DNA of 64,000 nt from Heterodontus francisci (taxonomy: Eukaryota), in NCBI RefSeq assembly GCF_036365525.1, contig NC_090384.1:55549895-55613894 (forward strand), written 5' to 3'. The notes under the pieces were generated by a model, which made no database searches, was not told where the DNA came from, and saw only the letters and a list, made by a program, of their open reading frames with translations. This document shows, one piece after another, positions 56,942-64,000 of this stretch. The number at the start of each line of letters is the position of its first letter. Positions within the stretch are counted from its first letter, which is position 1. Position numbers and translations under genes: made by a program.

Positions 56942-59153
56942 AAAGGAAGACCCAAACCTGGCCTTATTGTCACTCCGATCCACAAGGCTGACATGAAATC
57001 ACCTCCAGAACTGTTGAATGGAAGAAAATATAAGACCACTCTGCCAAGCAAAATACATCCTTCAAGTGGCCAGGAGGAAGGAAGTGAGACAACAACTCAC
57101 AGAAGCACAGGTAAGAGGAGAGCAACACTTCAAACATATGCTAAGTCCCTACCCGAACTGTTGAAAGGACAAACTGTACACGCACAGGATCCAATCACGA
57201 TAACCTGGAGCCCAGCAAAGGTTGTTGGTGAAGCTGAGACCCCAAGGTCATATATCATTGAGACCGAAACAGGTAACCAAATGAGAAGGAACAGAATCCA
57301 TATTCGACGTACACCTGAGCTGGAACAACAGAAAAGACCATCAACAACATCAGAAACATCACTATCCAGCGAGGCAACTTTAACATCACCAGCATTTGAC
57401 ACAACATCGCCCATACAGCGTGACAACTCACCACTGAGAGCAACAAATGCCAAATCTACAAGATGGAGACAGAACATCTTACCACTCGAGCGATACCGCG
57501 AATAATATTTTTTTTAAAAAAGAATACACGCTATAAAAAACTCTAAAAAGGGGTTTCGATTTTTTCCAAAAGTCGGTTGATAATCTTCTTTAGTTATATT
57601 GACAGTTATATTTATATAGGGGAATTATACTTTAAAGAAAGACGGATGTTAAATATTGTTATACTATTTGTAAAGTGCTAGACACTAATTAGCTAGGAAC
57701 TAGTTGTTATGGGTAAGTGTTCCAGTGGGGCAGCATCCATGGCTGCACTGGAGAGTCATGGGATATGTAACACAAAACCAGTTTCACCATTCCCACCAGG
57801 CACCATGGTGAGCTATATTAAACACAAAGAGCTCCAGTCATTCCAAGTCTGAAGTGTGATTATTTCCAACATCTGGAACCAGAAAACAACAAGAAGACAC
57901 AGCACACATTATAAACTGTGTTAACTGTAGGTGTGGAGCAGAAGGCAATGCTGCTCTCTGCTGGCCCCATACATGTCTGCCAGCTTTCCCACAACTCCAT
58001 GTTTGAAACTCTGATCAAATTTCAGCCCTAATCAGAAATTATTCTTTTACAATTAGCTCTTTACTCCCCACTGGGAGGACCAGATTAGTTCATTTACCTT
58101 AATGTTTGTTGTAAATCTTTAATAATTTATTTATTTTGTAGCTGTCAAGTTCATAAACATTTCTTTTTAGATAATATATTTCTGCATTTTGCAGATCAGG
58201 TCATTTTGGGAATAATTATGTAATTAGAGCTGAGAAACAGCAAAACCACTGTTAATAATATGGCAAAGAAACTGACTGGAAAGAACCTGTTCCCAGGTGT
58301 TCTGCAGAACAGGCAGAAGGTTAAAGAAAGCATGTCTCTTATAATATCAAAGTTTTTCCACTTTGGGTTCTTGCTACAGTATGGGCATGGATGTGCAGCA
58401 ATGAACAAGCTGAGTAGTGGCCTGAGTGTTTTAAATAGAACCTCAGTCAAAGTATAAGGAAAGTGTGAGGAAACAGTTTGTGGCATGTACATGGCCCATC
58501 TACCGATTGGAGAGAAATGGTTCTTTGCTTTATCTTGGCAGTTTTTGTCACTTACGTACTCCCAGGTCCTCTGATGGGAAGTTGGATTTATACTTTCTAT
58601 CACCTCCACCTACTCAGCTTGGACTGGTTACCTGTGGCGAGGATACCTAGTAGTGAATACAATAACCAATTACCTGATGTAATGTAAACAAACTTGGCAG
58701 TCAATGTGCAGGTAGCAAAGTCCCACAAACAGCAATGAGATAGATGACCAGTCTGTTTATTAGTCATATTGTTTGGGTGATAAATATTGTCTGCTTTGCT
58801 TTGAGTAGTGCCAAGAGTTATTTTGTATCCACCTGAGAGGACAGTTGAGGTTTCAGTCTAAAAGATGACACCTCCAACAGTGGCAGCCTCGTTTATGTAG
58901 GAAAGACTATGGAGTGTGGCTACCTGCCTGTGGCACAGACATCTCACTGATGAATCTTCTGGAACCCCTCTTTGTCCTCGAGCTCCCTGAGGACAATCGG
59001 AATTCTAAAGGAACATCCATACTATTTGCGAGGGATGTAAGAGTGAAGCCACCATTACTTTTAGGTGTTAATGGACAAATTAAAATAATTACTGAAACTA
59101 CAAAAGGATAACAAAATGTTCCCAAATAAATATAGCACAAGAAAAACAAAAAG

Positions 59154-61802
59154 TGTCAGGAAACCCCCCACCTGCCAAGACTGAGGTACACATTATTTCG
59201 CCACATGAACATTAAAACTTAAAAATTGCAGGCCCCCTGACTGGAAAGACATTTACATTGCACCAGACTGTGTTGAAACAAAGGGAACCAATCCCCCCCG
59301 CTCCCCCCACAATATACAGAAGAGCCCTGGTCAAACCAGTCGGTCACCTGACCACCTGCTGGCCAACTAGGGGAGTTCTAAACTAGAAAAACAGAATTTG
59401 AACTCAGAAGGCTGTGCTCCTGGAACTGAAGCAGAACCCTCTCTGCCTGCATCCATCTCTTTCCCATGGAACTGAATCTTGTGAAGGCACGTAAACTCAG
59501 AGAGAGAAAAATCTCCGACGTGAACAAGGTTTACGAAGAATACTGGGCCCCAACGAAACGCAAGACCATATCTTCAATCAAAGGCTGCAGTGAGCTCAAG
59601 AAACAGTAACACGATATTGCCTCAAACTGTTCTACTTATCTTTTCTTCTGCTCCTTTCTGCGCCTATTTGCACATGTGGATGCTAACGTAGATGCGTCGT
59701 ATATCCGTAGGTGTTAACCGTATTAAAGTTTAAGTTTAAGGTTTAATAAACTTCACTCTTTCTTCTTTAAACCACAGAAAGCCTGTTTGTGCTCATTTCT
59801 TTGCCTTATAATTGGAAAGTTGTGAACAAGGATTCACAGAGGGGAATCTCAAAACACAGTGTGTTTAAAATTAAACCCTGTTACAATAAGACCAGGTGAA
59901 GATAGTAACAAACCCCTAGACACCTTTCACACCAGTTTGTATGAGAAATTGGGTGCTAGCGTTTGGAATTTTACCCGCAGACAAATAAGTGAAATTGGAA
60001 GTGGGAAGCCAAATTGTTCCCAATCAAAATGAGCAAATTATTACAGATTTTCTTGTGGTTGTGTGGTTGAATACTAACATGTCTACAACTGAAGTTAGCA
60101 GCTCTCCAAGCCAGGGTGAAGTAACTTGGGATAAGTTAAAAGCACTGTCTTTGGAGGAGTTGAAGAAAATGGCCGAACAGTGTGGGATCACTGTACATGG
60201 CAAGGCTAGGAAATCTGAACTCCTAAGGCTAGTGGCCAACCATTTTTCCCTTGAATCTGAAGAAGCAAAAGCAGTGTTAGAAACAGAATCCGACTGGATA
60301 TTGTTAGCAAAGATATAATTGGAACAGAGGAAACTTGAATTAGATGAAAGAGAGAGGGAGAAAGAAAGAGCCTTCCAGAAGGAATGCGAAGAAATTGAAA
60401 GACAGGAGAAGGAATAAGAGAGAGAGAGGAGAGAGAGAGGGAAAGAATATTCTGGAAGGAATGTGAAGAAAGAGAGTTACTATAGCTTGAGTTAGCTAGA
60501 GGGCGACAGAGTAACCCTAGTGAAAGCATGGCCAATTTGGAGGAACAGAATTCAGGACTGGGCACAAAATTGAGAAAACTCACTCAATTAATCCCAAAAT
60601 TCAATGAGGAAGATGTGAAAGCATTTATCGTGTCTTTCGAGAAACTGGCAAGGCAACGAAAATGGCCAACTGAGACCTGGTCTCAGCAAACTAGCTGGAA
60701 AAGCTCGTGAAGTTTATTCCTTGTTGCCAGATGAGAGTTCATCAAATTATGAACTAATCAAAAATGCTATCCTCGGGGCATATGAATAAGTACCCGAAGC
60801 CTTTCGCCAAGTTTAGAACCCTCAAAAAGCAAGCTAATCAAACTTACCTGGAGTTTGACAGAAGCAAGCAGTGGGCTTTTGACCAGTAGCACAGGACTTT
60901 ATAAATACAATTCAGCGATGGGACTCTCAGAGAAGTAATCCTTGTAGAAGAAATTAAAAAGTCTCTCCCATTCTCAGTAAAGACACATGTGGAGGAGCAG
61001 CGGGTTCAAGGAGCCTGGCAAACCGCCTTTCTGGCGGATGAGTTTACATTAATTTATAAGTTGGTCAGGAGAACTTTACCTGATCATCCCCATAAATCCA
61101 AAAAGGACAAAGGGTGGGAAGGTGATATTCGGCCAGGCATTCCTGGAAGAGAAAGGAAAGCAGGAGACACGGGGGCCCTTCTCCAGCCAAAAAAGGTGTA
61201 ATAGGCAGGCATTTAAAAGCTGACTGCTGGAAACTAAAGGGGAAACCGGTAGGGTTAATAAGGGCACAGGCTCAGTGCAGATGGGACCCTGATGGATTCC
61301 ACAGAACAAGCTATGGCTTTAACTGCAGTGAGAGTGCAACCCAGGAAGCTTACTGCAGCCAGTGCAGGTAAAGTTAATAGGATTCCTGAAGGTTAACAGG
61401 GTTTTGTATTTGAAGGGAAAGTAATCCCATATCCCGCAAGTAGGGCCAGCAAGCCCATAGTGATTCTCAGTGACAATGTGGCCTCTAGATCTCTTTTACT
61501 GGGAAAAGGCCTGACCTTTCCCCCAGAGAGTGCAGTGAACACCAGAATGATGGTGAATAGTATTGAAGGGCAGTGTATGCCTGTGTACACTGGATGCATC
61601 TGGAGTGCGACCTGGTTTCGGGACCGGGATTGTCCCTAGTTTGCCTGTGGATGGGGCTGACCTGCTCCTAGGTAATGATCTGGCAGGGTGAAAGTGGTTA
61701 CCACCCCACCCCCCAAGTAGTGAAAGAAAGACCGCAGGATGTCAGAGAAACAGGGCAGTGGCAGGAGACGGTCGCCTGAATGTGTAATGGATCAGGCCAT
61801 GT
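59154..61802 (+). mobile_element. Gypsy (Gmr1-like) element: 5' LTR 59154 to about 59944, decayed gag and protease, truncated by CR1
   Basis: LTR homologous to 10570-13491, PBS-like TTGGGTGCTAGC, gag LIPKFNEEDVKAF..FEKLA..KWP..GKA.EVY..VPEAFRQ, degenerate protease ILSDNVAS. Confidence 0.85.
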
Positions 61803-62870
61803 TCAATTTCAGAGGGCTTTCGATAAGGTCCCACATAAGATGTTAGTGTGCAAAATTAAAGCACATGGGATTGGGGGCAAGGTACTGACATGGATAGAGA
61901 ACTGGTTGGCAGACAGGAAACAAAGAGTAGGAATAAACAGGTCTTTTTCAGAGTGGCAGGCAGTGACTAGTGGGATACCACAGGGATCAGTGCGAGGACT
62001 CTAGATATTCACAATATATATTAATGATATAGATGAGGGAATTAAATGTAATATATCCAAGTTTGCAGATGACACTAAGCTGGATCGGAGTGTGAGCTGT
62101 GAGGAGGATGCAGAGAAGCTCCAGTGTGATTTGGAGAGGTTGAGTGAGTGGGCAAATACATGGCAGAGGCAGTATAATGTGGATAAATGTGAGGTTATCC
62201 ACTTTTGTGGCAAAAACAGAAAGGCAGACTATTATCTGAACGGCGATAGATTGGGAAAGGGGGAGGTGCAGCGAGACCTGGGTGTCATTGTGCACCAGTC
62301 GCTGAAAGTAAGCATGCAGGTGCAGCAGACAGTTAAGAAGGCAAATGGTATGTTGGCTTTCATAGCGAGAGGATTCGAGTACAGGAGAAAGGATATCTTG
62401 CTGCAATTATACAAGGCCTTGGTGAGATCACATCTGGAGTATTTTGGTCTCCTTATCTGAGGAAGGATGTTTTTGCCATGGAGGGAGTGCAGCAAAGGTT
62501 CACCAGACTAATTCCTGGGATGGCAGGACTGACGTATGAAGAGAGATTGGGTCGATTAGGCTTGTATTCGCTAGAGTTTAGAAGAATGAGAGGGGATCTC
62601 ATAGAAACCTACAAAATTCTAACAAGACTGGACAGACTAGATGCAGGTAGCATGTTCCCGATGGCGGGGGAGTCCAGGACCAGGGGACACAGTCTAAGGA
62701 TAAAGGGTAAGCCATTTAGGACCGAGATGAGGAGGGATATCCTCACCCAGAGAGTGGTGAACCTGTGGAATTCTCTACCACAGAAAGCAGTTGAGGCCAA
62801 ATCATTAAATATATTCAAGAAAGAATTAGATATAGTTCTTAGGGCCAAAGGGATCAAGGGATATGGGGAG
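61803..62870 (+). mobile_element. CR1 LINE RT 3' fragment
   Basis: FQRAFDKVPH, GIPQGSV, KFADD and RVVNLWNSLP. Confidence 0.92.
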
Positions 62871-64000
62871 GGTGGCAAATGTTATTCCCTTGTTCAAGAA
62901 AGGGATTAGGGATAACCCTGGGAATTATAGACCAGTCAGTCTTACGTCGGTAGTGGGCAAATTATTGGAGAGGATTCTGACAGACAGGATTTATAATAAT
63001 TTGGAAAAGCATAGTTTGATTAGAGACAGTCAGCATGGCTTTGTGAGGGGCAGGTCATGCCTCACAAGCCTTATAGAATTCTTTGAAGATGTGACAAAAC
63101 ACATTGTTGAAGGAAGAGCAGTGGATGTGGTGTATATGGATTTTAGCAAGCCGTTTGATCAGGTTCCCCATGGTAGGCTCATTCAGAAAGTAAGGAGGCA
63201 TGGGATACAGGGAAGTTGGCTGTCTGGATACAGAATTGGCTGGCCCACAGAAGTCAGAGGATGGTAGTAGATGGAAAGTATTCAGCCTGGAGCTCGGTGA
63301 CCAGTGGTGTTCCACAGGGATCTGTTCTGGGACCTCTGCTCTTTGTGATTTTTATAAATGACTTGGATGAGGAAGTGGAAGGTTGGGTTAGCAAGTTTGC
63401 TGATGACACGAAGGTTGCTGGAGTTGTGGATAGTGTGGAAGGCTGTTGTAGGTTGCAACGGGACATTGACAGGATGCAGAGCTGGGCTGAGAAGTGGCAG
63501 TTGGAGTTCAACCTGGAAAAGTGTGAAGTGATTCATTTTGGAAGGTCAAATTTGAATGCGGAATATAGGCTTAAAGACAGGATTCTTGGCAGTGTGGAGG
63601 AACAGAGGGATCTTGGGGTCCATGTCCATAGATCGCTCAAAGTTGTCACCCAAGTTGATAGGGTTGTTCAGAAGGCGTATGATGTGTTGGCTTTCATTAA
63701 AAGTGGGATTGAGTTTAAGAGCCGCGAGGTTATGCTGCAGCTCTATAAAGCCCTGGTTAGACCACACTTGGAATATTGTGTTCAGTTCTGGTCGCCTCAT
63801 TATAGGAAGGATGTGGAAGCTTTAGAGAGGGTGCAGAGGAGATTTACCAGGATGCTGCCTGGACTGGAGGGCATGTCTTACGAGGAAAGGTTGAGGGAGC
63901 TAGGGCTCATTGGAGCGAAGAAGGATGAGAGGTGACTTGATAGAGGGGTACAAGATGATGAGAGGCATAGATAGAGTGGATAGCCAGAGACTTTTCCCAG
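62871..64000 (+). mobile_element. Second CR1 LINE RT fragment, runs off the window
   Basis: NPGNYRPVSLTS, GVPQGSVLGP and KFADD; abuts the previous copy directly. Confidence 0.92.

Larger units (their letters stand above)
54091..57904 (+). mobile_element. Deleted Gypsy (Mag-like) LTR element: LTRs 54091-54347 and 57647-57904, gag start and integrase
   Basis: Paired LTRs, TSD CACAT (54086-54090, 57905-57909), integrase GIPKMLICDNGTQF..SSPHYP..IERHV..KEDPNLALLSLRST and TPRSYII..RRNRIHIR. Same family as 15802. Confidence 0.92.
53682..59153. repeat. Duplicated block, copy 2 (53682-54090 and 57905-59153, split by a Gypsy element)
   Basis: Collinear with copy 1; lacks the RTE insertion and carries an LTR element absent from copy 1. 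Confidence 0.9.

Noticed and set aside
58196-58310. Type II membrane protein exon (FFPVSFFAILLTVVLLFL) in the duplicated block
   Set aside because: Stops follow shortly in both copies and no downstream domain is identifiable; covered only under the general duplication finding.

Overview
Repeat-dense vertebrate genomic DNA, inferred to be shark/elasmobranch from HE1-like V-SINEs, SacSINE1-like DeuSINEs and CR1 LINEs with an esterase ORF1. One host gene can be rebuilt on the minus strand: a B7-H6 (NCR3LG1)-like type I membrane protein. Its exons are signal peptide 28174-28225, IgV 22765-23103, IgC1 9131-9445, TM 7044-7136 and cytoplasmic 480-554, all joined by phase-1 GT-AG introns; the gene continues past position 1. 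An ISRE lies about 80 bp upstream of the ATG. A candidate orphan terminal exon (38519-38544 plus 3' UTR) may belong to an upstream gene or paralog. The rest is mostly nested transposons: CR1 LINEs, an RTE LINE, Penelope-like elements with inverted pseudo-LTRs and minimal hammerhead motifs, two Gypsy families, Harbinger and hAT MITEs, SINEs and a 2-kb minisatellite. There is also a decayed retrovirus-type pol (foamy/loki-like RT, tether, second RNase H, integrase). A ~1.8-kb block of unknown function occurs twice, about 23 kb apart. Main leads: an in-frame read-through from the B7-H6 TM exon into a CR1 ORF1 esterase fragment, the dual-RNase-H retroviral fossil, and the ribozyme/dsRNA cassette in a B7-H6 intron. 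All calls come from reading the sequence by eye; no searches were run.
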